A DNA stretch of 63,999 nucleotides, the filler included, from Stramenopiles sp. TOSAG23-3 (lineage: Eukaryota): assembly GCA_900128585.1 (NCBI GenBank). It is 19 parts of 19 records of this genome, joined end to end, with 100 filler letters (N's around TTAATTAATTAA, not from the genome) between each part and the next. Parts side by side here need not be neighbours in the genome. Positions count along the whole stretch, not along the records: positions 1 to 3,293 come from LT644306.1; positions 3,394 to 6,685 come from LT644307.1; positions 6,786 to 10,075 come from LT644308.1; positions 10,176 to 13,461 come from LT644309.1; 15 more parts are not named here. The stretch is one strand, 5' to 3'. The position numbers were made by a program, and so were the translations under genes. Positions 1 through 11,436 of this stretch are shown here, in pieces (position 1 is the first letter of the stretch; each line of letters opens with the position of its first letter). The notes beneath the pieces were generated by a model. That model searched no databases and was not told where the DNA came from. It was given only the letters and a program-made list of their open reading frames with translations.

Positions 1-226
1 ATGTGTTATAGTATGGAATGAATCAATGTACTCATGTTGTTGTGACATGTTCGTTTGAATTATTGAGAATGTGTATGTGTCCATGAACGATTTTGTAAAT
101 TAAAACTATTGTAAATATACATCATATATATACAAACGAACCATCAGAGGAAGACCCCAAGTAGTGTCCCCTTCAGCCGATTGTCAAAAACAGGATTGAG
201 CGTGCAGTAGTCGTAGTGCTGTTGAA

Positions 227-1510
227 TTGATGGCTTCCTTCATATCTTCGGATGCACTGGAGCAGATAGGCACTTTCGATGCCGATGCCACCCCAATCAA
301 ACGCCGGGGCGGCAGGGGGTTTACGCCGACGAAGCCAAGCGGCACCCCAACCTCCAGAATGACCCCAAAGCGTTTTGGAATGCATAGTGCGCACAACACC
401 CCGAAACTGAAAGGCTCCTCGACAAAACTTTCTGCGATTAATGTACATAGCAATCGCAGCGGGTCCATCGGTACCCCAACGCTAGTCTTCGACGCGGAGA
501 ACATCCACCCGAACTCGTCCAGAAAGGGGAGGAAGGGCACCCCCTTGAACTCCATCAAGCCCCGAAGCAACCGAAAGCATCGCACGCCAAGCCGCAAGGC
601 CGGCCTCGGGTCCAGCAACTCCCTTTCGGAAAGCTGCAGCAGCCTCCCCAGCATTTCGGGCCGGGCAAGTGCAAAGAAGCACTCCGGCCGGAGTGGAAGA
701 AAACAACAACGGCCGTTTTCCAGCCCCTCGTCCGTCGAGCAAGGACTGGGAAAGCTGAACCTGGACACAAGCAACCTTGCGTGCGAGCAGGGCGATGTGT
801 CGTTGCTGACGATTTCGAAATTCGAACACCAGAGTGACGACGAAGAAAGCGAGAAACTGGAAGAAAAGGTAGTCACGCCCATACAGGGGAGCAAGGCACT
901 TGGGAAGCACGCCGCTCGTAGACCGTTGGGGTTTATACCTTTCGGAAAGACGCTCACCGTCAGCCCTGCCGATTCCTCGTTCTCGCCGGCGTCTCGCTCC
1001 TTCCTGACCCAGCGAGAGGACAAGGAGCGAAATGCCCATGGTGGGGGCGTCATGAAGAAGACGAACATTCAGCGCGTTCTTGCCGAGCGCATGAAGGTGA
1101 CCATGTTCCAAAACAAGCCGTCGAGCTTGTCGTCGGGCAGTAGGCCGGTCGAAGACGAAGAGAACGGGGGCGGTAGCACAAACAGTGAAACGAAAGTAAG
1201 GACGCCCCGGCAGCTGCCCTCTCTAAAGGGGTTAGATGGCATGGAGAATAAAAATAAATTCGGAAGCCCGACAGACATGTTCATGTCGCCCGTGTCGCGG
1301 AATTTTCACACCGTTGGAGAGGACGGAAAACTGAGAAAGGGCAACGTGCGCAAACTGATAGCGCTGAAGGGTAAGAACGACCGGCGAACCAACTTGGCGC
1401 ACGAGGGCGGCAAAAAAAGTATATTAAACAGACAGCCGCTGAACGGTCGTAGGGAAAGTTCGCTGCGGAACGTGTCAACGCACAGCAGTAGCAGCTTCAA
1501 CAAGAAATGA
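227..1510 (+). CDS. Ser/Pro/Lys-rich disordered protein with a Spo12-like SPTDxxMSP motif, possible cell-cycle regulator
   Basis: 427-aa ATG-started ORF, GC-rich, flanked by AT-rich DNA. Contains GSPTDMFMSPVSR, many S/T-P sites and RxxL motifs. Confidence 0.7.
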   Translation: MMASFISSDALEQIGTFDADATPIKRRGGRGFTPTKPSGTPTSRMTPKRFGMHSAHNTPKLKGSSTKLSAINVHSNRSGSIGTPTLVFDAENIHPNSSRKGRKGTPLNSIKPRSNRKHRTPSRKAGLGSSNSLSESCSSLPSISGRASAKKHSGRSGRKQQRPFSSPSSVEQGLGKLNLDTSNLACEQGDVSLLTISKFEHQSDDEESEKLEEKVVTPIQGSKALGKHAARRPLGFIPFGKTLTVSPADSSFSPASRSFLTQREDKERNAHGGGVMKKTNIQRVLAERMKVTMFQNKPSSLSSGSRPVEDEENGGGSTNSETKVRTPRQLPSLKGLDGMENKNKFGSPTDMFMSPVSRNFHTVGEDGKLRKGNVRKLIALKGKNDRRTNLAHEGGKKSILNRQPLNGRRESSLRNVSTHSSSSFNKK

Positions 1511-1760
1511 GGGGCAAAGGGAACGCGGCGCACCACGACGACCCATTTAATTGGATGTCGTCCGCAGGGTGTCTGGGGCACACCAGAGGGAGGAGAAGGG
1601 GTGGTAGCTCTTACGCGGAAGAGCCAAGAGCGTGGCCGGGGGATTTTTGGTAATTCCTAAGATTCTTAAGGAATTTATAAAAAATAAACACGTACTAAAG
1701 TGCAAATGTAGTTCAGAGTTCGTAAATTATTAAAGTTTATCATGAATTTACCAGAAGTCT

Positions 1761-1908
1761 TATTCTGGAACAAGGAGGAGTTTGGGTTCTTGAACGGTTT
1801 TACCTTCTTTTTTCTTTTCTTTTTTGAATCATGTTGTAGCTGTTGGATTTGAAGTAGTATTTGATTTAAAATGAGAGTCTTAAAACATACATATATATAT
1901 TTTGTTTT
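1761..1908. repeat. Dispersed 3'-intergenic repeat, modules E, F and reverse B
   Basis: 1761-1802 (tattctggaacaaggaggagtttgggttcttgaacggtttta) is near-identical to the reverse complement of 15830-15874. 1868-1884 (aaaatgagagtcttaaa) matches 15653-15669. Confidence 0.8.
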
Positions 1909-2262
1909 TCATGTTGTAGCTAAATTTAATTTAGTTTGTTTATGGAGGTGTTTTTCAGGGACGCTTTTCTTTGGTAATAAGTTTTATGATTAGGCACTAC
2001 CATAAATCTCTCTGCTTTTTTTCTTCTGTCACTCTCACTTATTTCGCTTATTTGTTATAAAACTCAAACGTACGAGATGCATTTTGGGGGGTTTTTTTCT
2101 ACCTCTCTCAGCAATTATCTATGACAACATCTCGTTCTGGAAGTCAATTTTGCGAATAATCTCTCGAAGAAGCGGCACGCATTCTGAACTCTCACCAACG
2201 GCAAGTCGTGGCATTTCTACCAATTTTGGAGAAGCTTTCGTGCCTTCTTTCTTGTAGCATGC

Positions 2263-3089
2263 TCACCCGATCGCATTGTACGTGCCGCTTGCCGCGTCCG
2301 GGTCGACTTTGAACAGGAGCCCATCTGCCTCGTTGCTATTGTTGAAGCCGGTGGCGCCCTCTTTCAATCGCTCCATGAGCTTCGTCCGCACATGGCGCAT
2401 AATGAAGGTGATCAACGCCAGCACAATAACGAACGCGGTAGCGATCGGCTGGTTTTCGGTCGTTGTCCAAGCTGGGCTTTTCCAAAACACGCAGCCTAGA
2501 AACAAGTTAAACATCCCAAATGCTTTGGTGAAGGAAATAAATGTTAGTAAGAGCAAGACAAACAAAAGGTGGAAGAAAGAAAGACGTGTCTCGTAGACTT
2601 ACCATACACGGCGATTCCTGTTTTCCCGTGCCACCGATAGACACTCTCCCCGGTCTGTTTCTTGGTGATGTATTTCGTGGCCCCGATGTAGAGCTGGACC
2701 AAGACGAAAAAAAGGACAAGGTATCCGATGCACACGTGAAGCTTTTTCAGGAATTCGTCGTCGTCCGAAAAGAACTGGCTTTTTTTCCCTGCTGCGTGTG
2801 CAACGAAAATCGCAATGTACCCCCCAATGCACAAGAGGCAGGCGAACAGTTGAAGAATGGCGTGCCCCGTCCGGCTTTCAGAGCGCTCGCGCTTGGCGAC
2901 GTCTCCCAAGTAATACTGAAGCAGGCCCTCGTTCATGAACACGGCAAACGCTGCTGTCATTAAAATAGGATGCCATGTAAATGCCTTTGCCGACCCAACG
3001 TCGGTGGTGAACGTATCAAACACGACAAACAACGTCACTAACTCAAGGATGAGCACAACAAACCGCAGGGTCCATAATTTGTACCCCAT
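2263..3089 (-). CDS. Cytochrome b561-family membrane protein, two exons (3089-2603 and 2522-2263), 248 aa
   Basis: WHPILM plus further His residues in TM helices (GHAILQ, LHVCIG, WHGKTG). An 80-nt intron at 2523-2602 has GTAAGT donor, CTAAC branch point and AAAG acceptor, and joins the two ORFs in frame (747 nt). Confidence 0.85.
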
Positions 3090-3293
3090 ATTTTACCTAA
3101 CTTTTTTTAATTATTAAAAACAATGAATGGGTAGGTGGTGTTTAAAAAAAGCTTCGCTCGCCGCCCTCTGTACAATGTAATGAATTGTCCGTCTTTTTCT
3201 GATATGGGTGGTTTGTTTTCTACTTATTTAACGCTGGGGGATAGAATCCCACAATTCTTCCTATTATTATTACGATATTTTATTATGAGATAT

Positions 3294-3393
3294 NNNNNNN
3301 NNNNNNNNNNNNNNNNNNNNNNNNNNNNNNNNNNNNNTTAATTAATTAANNNNNNNNNNNNNNNNNNNNNNNNNNNNNNNNNNNNNNNNNNNN
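3294..3393. other. Artificial contig linker (first of 18)
   Basis: N44-TTAATTAATTAA-N44 has stops in all six frames. Others start at 6686, 10076, 13462, 16847, 20231, 23614, 26997, 30370, 33741, 37109, 40475, 43840, 47204, 50568, 53931, 57293 and 60654. Intervening contig lengths fall steadily from 3292 to 3261. Confidence 0.99.
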
Positions 3394-3472
3394 TCGTTTT
3401 CTTCGTTTTCGTTTTCTTCGTTTTCGTGGATTCGTTTCGTTGATATTGATTGATTCGTTGAGCTTGTTTTGG
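3394..3472. repeat. 79-bp contig-terminal inverted repeat, left copy
   Basis: Exact reverse complement of 6607-6685. Confidence 0.95.
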
Positions 3473-3798
3473 TCAATTTGGTCGTTGATTACTGAACTCT
3501 ACGGTATCTGTAGCATACGCCGTCGTTGGTTTGATCTGTTGAAGGAGGACTTTTGTTTCTTTGTTTGTTCTTTTTGTGTGTTTGTCTTCGTTTGCTGTTT
3601 GTCAGTTTGTTTGCAATACTACGCACGCGTTCGTTTTGTCTTTGTTTGGCTCTTGCGTGTGTCGTTTTCCAACCCGAGACAAAAGTTAGGAACGATTGCC
3701 ACCACCCGTCCGACCGTTGCGTGTCGCCCACCGTTCGATTTTTTCCGTTGTTGTTTGTTGGCAAGCGCGCCCGCCGTCCCTTACGCTCGAACGTGACC

Positions 3799-6150
3799 AT
3801 GTCCGACCCAGCGCCCGCCGCGCCCGCCGCGCCCGCCGCCGCCGCCGCCGCCGCGCCCCCGGCCCGGAACTACCTTGCCGCGCCGTTCTACCGGGGCTCC
3901 TACGTCTTTGACCCGTCCGCGAACACCTCCACGTTCAAGGGGAAGTGGGCCATGACGAAAGACGACTGCGAGTACAGCGGGACCGGGCGGTTCCCTGCCA
4001 CGATGACCGGGCACTTCTTCATGTGGATGGCCAAGAAGAACACCAAGTATCGCGAGAAGGACATTGCCTTCACGACGACGACCCCCCACACGAACGGGAA
4101 CGCCGCGGACAAGGCCGTCCAGGCGGTGGGGAAGAACCAGTTCGGGACCTTCCAGATCGAAGGGACCGTCTCCCTCGCCGAGGGGGCGAACGAGGGGACG
4201 ATGGAGCTGTACAAGTTCTACGACCCCAAGCCCGTAAAACGGCCGAGGGCCAAGAAGACCCCGGTCGCGCGCCGCCGCGCCCCCGCCGCCGCCGCCGCCG
4301 CCGCGAACGGGGGCCTCGGCGGCCCCGTCCCCATCGTCCGCCAGTCCTCCGACCGGAAGCGAAAGGTGAACTCGAAGTTCAAGGAAAACCTGACGGAGCC
4401 CGAGGTGACCCTCGACAACCGCCTCAAGACCTGCCAGCGGATCCTCCTCAAGCTGATCGCGGGGGGGGCCAAGAACAAGAAGAAGTACGTCGAGCAGCTT
4501 TTCTACGAGCCGGTCGACCTCGCGGCCTTTCCCACGTACGCGGACGACATCGCGCCGAGCAAGCCCGTCTGCCTGCTCGACGTCAAGCGCCGGCTGTACA
4601 AAGGGATGTACCAGACGTACGAAGCGTTCGGGACCGACGTTCGCCGGATATTCCACAACTGCTTCGTGTACAATAGCAAGGACGACAAGGCCCGCTGGAT
4701 CTACGACTTGGCCCGGGAGCTGTCGGTCTACTTCGAGAAGGAGTTCGGCCGCCTCCACCAGAGCGTCGTCGACAAGGAGGAGGAGCTGCGCAGGCTCGAG
4801 GCCCAGCGCATAGAGAACGAGCGCCTCGCCGCGGAGGAGAAGCAGCGCCAGAAGGAGGAGCAGGCGCGCAAGAGGAAGGAGGAGCAGGCGCGGCGGAAGA
4901 AGAAGGAGGCCGAGCGGAAGCGCGCCAAGCGGGAGAAGGAAAAGCGGAAGAAGGAGCGGGAGAAGGCCCTGGGGCACAAGCGGAAGAAGAAGGCCGCGAA
5001 GGAGGCCGCGGCCGCGCGGGAGTCGGCCGGCGCGGGCCCCCGCCGGAAAAAGTCGCGCAAGGCCGCCGGGAAGTTCGACGCCGCGGCCGCCGCGGCGGCG
5101 GGGGGGGGCGCCGTCCCCAGCATGCTCCTCGGCCAGATCGAGTACCTGCAGCAGCAGATCGAAGCGCTCCAGCAGGGCCGGCCCTCGGGCCCCGCCGCGG
5201 GGGGCGGCGGCGGCCGGAAGAAGCGCGCCTCGGCCACGGCGAAGAGCACCTGGTCGTACGAGGACAAGGAGCAGCTGACGACGGAGATCAACAACATCCT
5301 GCAGGACGACGACAAGTACATGGTGGAGATCATGGACATCATCAAGAAGCACAGCAACGCCCTCGGGGACGACGACGAGGGGGAGATCGAGCTGGACATC
5401 GACAACCTGTCCATCACCTGCCTGAACGAGCTGAACAAGTACGTCAAGGGGGCCAAGCAGAAGATTCGCCGCCGCAAGGCGCAGGAGAACACGCGGAAGC
5501 GAAAGGAGGCCGAGAAGAAGGCCAAGGAAGCCAAGGCGGCCGCGATGAGCTCGGCGGGGCTCGCGGGCGTGCCCAACATGTCCCGCGCCGCCCCGGCCCG
5601 GCACCAGGGGGGCATCCTGAAGGAGTCCCGGCCGAGCACGGTGGCCCCGCTCGCCGTCCCCACGGCGCCGAGCATGGCCTCCTCCCAGCAGAGCATGGGC
5701 CAGCGAGGGAACATCGTGGACACGATCGATTCCGACGACGAGCCCGACGACGTCGGCGTCGGGTTCGTGAACGTCGCCCCGTCGTCGCAGACCGGGTCGT
5801 TTTCCAGCGGTGGCGCCAGCGCCTGGGCCTCCCTAGCCGCCGGCGGGGCGAGCGGCCCGGCGTCGACGGAGTTCCTGGACATGCACGAGGAGACCGCGAG
5901 CTTGGAGAAGCGAAAGCAGCTGCAGACCGAGGAGGAGAAGAGCCTGAAGCAGGACCAGTCCAACGCCCGGGCCCTGCAAATGGCGAGCCACGAGGAAGCC
6001 CGCAACGCCAGCGACGCGTCGCGCCGGCAAGCGGAAATAGACGCGCAGGCCTCGCGCTCGAACACTGCGGCGGAGGAGGCCATTCGGCGACGCGAGCAGG
6101 AGTCGGCCTTTGGAAACGGCGACGACTTCGACGGGGGCGCCGGCTTCTAG
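3799..6150 (+). CDS. BET/GTE-type protein with a single bromodomain and an extra-terminal (NET) domain
   Basis: Bromodomain FYEPVD...DVRRIFHNCFVYN retains the conserved Asn. ET domain WSYEDKEQL...EIELDIDNL. First ATG at 3799 coincides with the GC shift. Confidence 0.9.
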   Translation: MSDPAPAAPAAPAAAAAAAPPARNYLAAPFYRGSYVFDPSANTSTFKGKWAMTKDDCEYSGTGRFPATMTGHFFMWMAKKNTKYREKDIAFTTTTPHTNGNAADKAVQAVGKNQFGTFQIEGTVSLAEGANEGTMELYKFYDPKPVKRPRAKKTPVARRRAPAAAAAAANGGLGGPVPIVRQSSDRKRKVNSKFKENLTEPEVTLDNRLKTCQRILLKLIAGGAKNKKKYVEQLFYEPVDLAAFPTYADDIAPSKPVCLLDVKRRLYKGMYQTYEAFGTDVRRIFHNCFVYNSKDDKARWIYDLARELSVYFEKEFGRLHQSVVDKEEELRRLEAQRIENERLAAEEKQRQKEEQARKRKEEQARRKKKEAERKRAKREKEKRKKEREKALGHKRKKKAAKEAAAARESAGAGPRRKKSRKAAGKFDAAAAAAAGGGAVPSMLLGQIEYLQQQIEALQQGRPSGPAAGGGGGRKKRASATAKSTWSYEDKEQLTTEINNILQDDDKYMVEIMDIIKKHSNALGDDDEGEIELDIDNLSITCLNELNKYVKGAKQKIRRRKAQENTRKRKEAEKKAKEAKAAAMSSAGLAGVPNMSRAAPARHQGGILKESRPSTVAPLAVPTAPSMASSQQSMGQRGNIVDTIDSDDEPDDVGVGFVNVAPSSQTGSFSSGGASAWASLAAGGASGPASTEFLDMHEETASLEKRKQLQTEEEKSLKQDQSNARALQMASHEEARNASDASRRQAEIDAQASRSNTAAEEAIRRREQESAFGNGDDFDGGAGF

Positions 6151-6606
6151 GCGTGGAACGTGGGCGAGGGGTGGAGTCGGGGGTATTAGTGTTACGCTTC
6201 ACCATGGGGCGAGGTGGAAAGCGCGCGGAGGGGAGCCTCGGCGGGGTTAGGATACAGTCCACAACGGCAAACACCGCGCGCAGTCGCGGGACCGCCGACG
6301 GTGCGGCGCGGCGTTGGACGAACAAAATGGGTTAGGGGCACGCCCGGACCAAATCACAAACTTTTTATTTTTAATTTCAAATATTTTAATTTTTTTTTCT
6401 TTTCCAATGTTTATTACGCCGAAATACGAGCGCGCCATTTTTTTGGTACAATTTACAGTTATGGAGATGTCGAAATTAAAGCAGACACTGTATTAACACG
6501 TACTATATACATAATTTGTTTTAACACGTACTACAAACGTAATGTGTGTTTTGTATTAAACGTAATATAAAAGTTCTTACTCCTCTCAAAAGCTTTCAAA
6601 AAAGAC

Positions 6607-6685
6607 CCAAAACAAGCTCAACGAATCAATCAATATCAACGAAACGAATCCACGAAAACGAAGAAAACGAAAACGAAGAAAACGA
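6607..6685. repeat. 79-bp contig-terminal inverted repeat, right copy
   Basis: Exact reverse complement of 3394-3472. Confidence 0.95.
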
Positions 6686-6785
6686 NNNNNNNNNNNNNNN
6701 NNNNNNNNNNNNNNNNNNNNNNNNNNNNNTTAATTAATTAANNNNNNNNNNNNNNNNNNNNNNNNNNNNNNNNNNNNNNNNNNNN

Positions 6786-9700
6786 GTATGTTCTCCAAAC
6801 TTTGGACAGGAAGAGCACCATTTAAGGCATTTCTACTCAAGTCTAACAATACAAGGTGGGAGAGGTTCCCCAGTGAAGCAGGAATCACAGACCCAATACC
6901 CGTCTCACGGATGATAAGCGTTTTTATTCGCTGGTTAGATTCTTTATGGAACCATGAGACTGGCAACGTACCTGTAAGTCTGGGATGGGAGTCGATAATT
7001 AGTTTGTCCATCGTGCTTGGAAGTCCTACATGATCAGGTAACGACCCATCGATAAAATCATGTTCAAGTCGCAGATTCTTCAACTTTTCCATCACATGCA
7101 TTCCTGTCCAGTTAGGGTTCCCAGAACACCAGCTGCGATTATGACGATTTGACAATGATTGATTCATAAAGAGTGACATCGATAGTGTCACCAAATGTTT
7201 AAACTGTGAAAATGTCTGATTATTCAAAACAGCGTTGAAACAAAACTGCTTGATGTTCATTAATTTCAGGGTCGGCGTCACGACCGCTGGAGCTTTGTGA
7301 ATATAAGTGGGGCCCACGGCATTTGTAAACCCGTTGGCGTCCGCGTAAATATCTCGGAGTACCAACTGTTCTAACTTGGGTAAAGCAAAGAGCTCCATGA
7401 CAGATGAGTAATTTCTGCCGTATTGTTCCACCCTGCTGCTAGCTAGATCTAGGTGCAACACTACCAACTCTTTCATGTTTGTCACACACATCGGTATTGG
7501 GGCAATGGAGCTTGGTACGCGAAATTCCTTGGTATATATTTGTTTTAAATGATGTAAATCGCACAGCACGCCTAGTTCCAAAAATTGACCGGGTGCGGAG
7601 CTAAATATATTGGCCGTTTGCACTGTACTATCGCGATCTATGACATACGCAGAATGCTGTGCTTTGGATCCAAAATATGCAACATCCAAGTCAATGTTGA
7701 CATCCTGAATATTGGTGCATTCCAGCACTCTGTTCGCTTTCAAATACGACTCTACCCAAGAATCGTCCAAGTTACGGATGGGGTTGTTCGAAACGTCCAG
7801 GAGATCGATTTTTTGGAACTCGCGGCTTATATTGATAATGCTTGACGACAAGTCACGGAGGCAATGACCTTGAATAAATAGGGCATTTAAGTTTGGTGCT
7901 GCTTTGGACAAGGCTACCAAGTCACCGCTGCATAAATATTCGCGACTGGACGTTTCCGCACACGGGTTGGTAGCGGACTTGATTCTTAAAAGCTCTGCCT
8001 CGCTGCATTTGGTGCTACGCCGTGACAAATCCAGATACCGAAGGGTTGTCCCAAAATAGTTTTCGAGAAAACGGAACGATGGTTGCGGCCATACGTCGTT
8101 TTGAGAATCCACAATTGTCAGGTTAATCTGAATAGGATTGCCTTCAATGCGAAAATCAAACTCCCCACCCCCCATAGGAAGGATAAAGCTGGAAACAGCG
8201 GTTATTTTATTAAACGATACGTCCAACCGTCTGAGATGTTTAAAATTAGATACCGCTTTGTCTACCGTTTCCAACTCGTTGTGCGCCAATGACAGCTGTA
8301 TCAACGTAGACTTCAAGTGGCGCAGGGTTTTCCATGGAAATTGTCGAAATACGATGGCTTCATTCCGCTCGGCCGACCAGTCCAATAACCTTGAAACTGG
8401 ATTATCGTTAACGTTGAAAACTTCTAATTTTGTTAGATTTATTTCCATACACTTAGGAAGGGTATTTATTTTGTTGTTGGCCAAATTCAAGCTTTCGAGA
8501 TTGTGCAGTTTGCAAAGGGTTTCCGGTAGCTGTGTAACCTCCGGCAATTTATTCAAGAGTGTGTTGTTTGCATCGATTTGAAGTATCGATTGAAAATTAC
8601 AGGTTGGGAATGTAAACGGGCCTTTGGCGAACACGTGCCTGGGTTCACTTTCTCTCCACAGCGTAGTCCCCAGCTGTGAGGCGCAGTATTTATCGATGAA
8701 CGCACAAGATTGGAGAAAGTAGACCAAAAACCCAAACCCAAGTGAAGCAATGGACCCCACAACTATTCGTTCAACTATCAGCTTACGGTACTGCGATTTC
8801 TGCAGCGCAAAGCTCTGTTCCGATAGTGGAATTACCATCCCCGTGGCTTTCTTCTTTTTCTTCCAACGCTTCATTGTCCGCTCAATTACTTTGACCGCCG
8901 TGGCCCGTCGCAATGACCGCATTTGCCACATGATAGTTATTGCAGGGTATAGAGATGCATATATCAACGCCATTTTGCTGATGGGACTGCCTGGCGCAGT
9001 AAAATTGGAGAGCTTTACGTAGGTCATATTCAACATAAAGTACATCAGTTCGACGGTGGCGTCAAACGCATAGATACCGCGCCGAATGTTGATTTCCTCG
9101 ACTCTGTTCTTGAGGCACATTCTGCTATGGTACAATAACGGCGATACTGTTATATTTATCCCAATGAGGCTTGTCGCCGTAATAACGTACTGCAAGTCAT
9201 TCGTTCGGAGTAATGCGTCAAACGATAAAAGCTGACAAACAATTTCTCGAAATTCCCACACTGCACTTTTAACGAAAAAGTAGGACCCAGAGCGTAAATT
9301 TACATGTCCGTGCCACTTTTTGTAGCATTTAAGAATGGGATTTACTGCGAGATGTTTTTCGTTGCGTGTTTTCGTTTTTACGTGAATAGCACAGCGAAGC
9401 AATGTCGTGAAGTTCTCCACGGTTGCCATAATGCTAATCACTAGGATCAACGCCGTTAACGTGTACATAATGATTACATAGACGTTTCCGCGAGCTCCGG
9501 AATGCGCAAAATCAAATTCCAATAATTTTATTACCAACATGACAACAATGATCATATCAATTGCTATTGAAACTCCCAACTGGAGTTTCTCAGTCTTATT
9601 AAATTTGTCTTTATCAAGAATCTGGACTGATTGCCTAAAATGTTTATGTCGGCGCGACCTGGCTACTTTCACGAGTTCGAATTTGTCAAGGCTGAGCGAT

Positions 9701-10075
9701 ACCCCGAATGATAATGTGGATACGATCGTCGCGAAAGCCAAACCTATCTGGGCGTACCATAGGTGGTTATTTCCACGAACGTGCAAGGTGGAAGTAATGC
9801 CGCCAGACGCAGACGACCATTTCAGATATCGGTCATGGGCCTCCGAGGAACAGTTTGCGTGCATATCACTATTGTCCAAATCTGTCGGCACTGTCCGAAA
9901 AATAGTATCGTGTTTTGCCAACACTTCGCTACACGGCTTTGAGGATCCTAACATCGGGGCGTCCAAGCTGATGCCAAACATAAATAATATAGACACATCG
10001 ACCATCGTTTCCATGTCCGTTATCAATCCTGGGTTTTCTGTTTTGAATTTGGCACTTTTTCCGGCAAATATATTC
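6786..10075 (-). CDS. Multi-pass membrane protein with C-terminal leucine-rich repeats, partial at both ends
   Basis: Frame is open across the whole contig. About 7 hydrophobic segments are followed by LxxLxLxxN repeats (LESLNLANNKINTLP, LRRLDVSFNKI, LVLLDLSRNALNGALP). Confidence 0.85.
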
Positions 10076-10176
10076 NNNNNNNNNNNNNNNNNNNNNNNNN
10101 NNNNNNNNNNNNNNNNNNNTTAATTAATTAANNNNNNNNNNNNNNNNNNNNNNNNNNNNNNNNNNNNNNNNNNNNG

Positions 10177-10953
10177 TTGTCGAACGCAGGCTGGGCGACC
10201 GACGCGAAAGCCCGGGGAATGCACTTTGCCGCGCTAGTTCCAAACCAGAAAGGTTTTGAAGCGTTTCATAACGTTGCAAGTCCAATTCTTGATACTGTCG
10301 TTGTCCTAACGTCGTGCACCGAGTCGCACTCGAAGGCAAACGTTGGAATGGGTTTGGCCACAGCTTTGAAAACGACTTGTGATATTATTAAGGACGCGAA
10401 GGCCGAAGGCTACCGCGTATTGGCGTTTGCGAGCCTTGCGTTCGGGTGTCCATTTGAAGGAAACGTAGACCCAATTGTCGTGCGGGACATTGTAAATGCT
10501 TACAGCGAGCTGGACGTCGACAGAATAGTATTAGCAGACACGCAAGGAAAAGCCAAACCAGACCAAGTCGATGTGCTCCTTAGCCCAGAGGTTTTGAAGC
10601 CATCCATAGGGAGGGACAGAATCGGAATGCACATGCACAATACAAACGGTCTAGCACATGCAAACGTTCTCCAAGGTGTTCGAAACGGGATTAAACATTT
10701 CGATAGCTCTATTGGTGGATGCGGTGGCTGTAATTTCCTCCCTGGTGCCCAGGGCAACATCTCAACACAGAGCTTGCTAAAAACGATTGAGGAGGAAATG
10801 CTTGTACATACAAAGGAAGGTTCACGACTTTTGCATGGTATGGACCATGCGGAAATCCATAAGGTGCATGTGCAGTTGGAGAGCGCCCTGGGAAATCCAT
10901 TGCCCTTTGAATATGAAAAGGGCGTTTTGGAAGTGTTTGATGTAATACAATAG
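10177..10953 (+). CDS. HMGCL: Hydroxymethylglutaryl-CoA lyase, 5' partial
   Basis: AFGCPFEG, LADTxG, metal-binding HMHNT and DSSIGGCGGCNFLPGAQGNI motifs. Confidence 0.9.
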   Translation: MSNAGWATDAKARGMHFAALVPNQKGFEAFHNVASPILDTVVVLTSCTESHSKANVGMGLATALKTTCDIIKDAKAEGYRVLAFASLAFGCPFEGNVDPIVVRDIVNAYSELDVDRIVLADTQGKAKPDQVDVLLSPEVLKPSIGRDRIGMHMHNTNGLAHANVLQGVRNGIKHFDSSIGGCGGCNFLPGAQGNISTQSLLKTIEEEMLVHTKEGSRLLHGMDHAEIHKVHVQLESALGNPLPFEYEKGVLEVFDVIQ

Positions 10954-11436
10954 ACACTAAGACTTACATTTGTATTAAATTCTCTATTTTTTTGTTGAGG
11001 AGAGATCTTTATCATTGTTTCTTCGATTATATTATACAAAGTGTAAATGTAATTTTCTTAAACGTACAACAACATCACTATCTTCACGTCGGCATCCGCT
11101 CCTCCAACGCTCAACAGCAGGCAGCAGCAGGAAGAGGGCCCCACCCACAACACAACAAGAGTTTTTATTTAATATAAAATGTACAATGTGTCCTCCTCAC
11201 CTCCTCAGTCCTCCTCAGTCCTCTCTCAGTCCCTCACCTCCCCAGCAGCAGCAAGCAGGAGCAAAAGTGTCTCCCGTTAGTTTTGAAATGTGAAAAGGTG
11301 ATATACAAACTACTCTTACATCTACACATACTTTATGGTTTCGGATGAAGACCAACAAATGGAATTTGCGGTTTCTTTGAACAGATAAATAACGCCGGGC
11401 TGGTTTTATTTGCCTACGCACGATAGTTGTCAACAC

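Noticed and set aside
3781-6325. Long antisense and alternate-frame ORFs (607, 451, 293 aa)
   Set aside because: Shadows of a very GC-rich BET gene with few off-frame stops. The same applies at 61279-63149 and 38445-39845.
3394-6685. Autonomous TIR transposon
   Set aside because: The cargo is a housekeeping BET gene with no transposase, and the repeat length equals that of the unrelated 23714 contig, suggesting an assembly origin.
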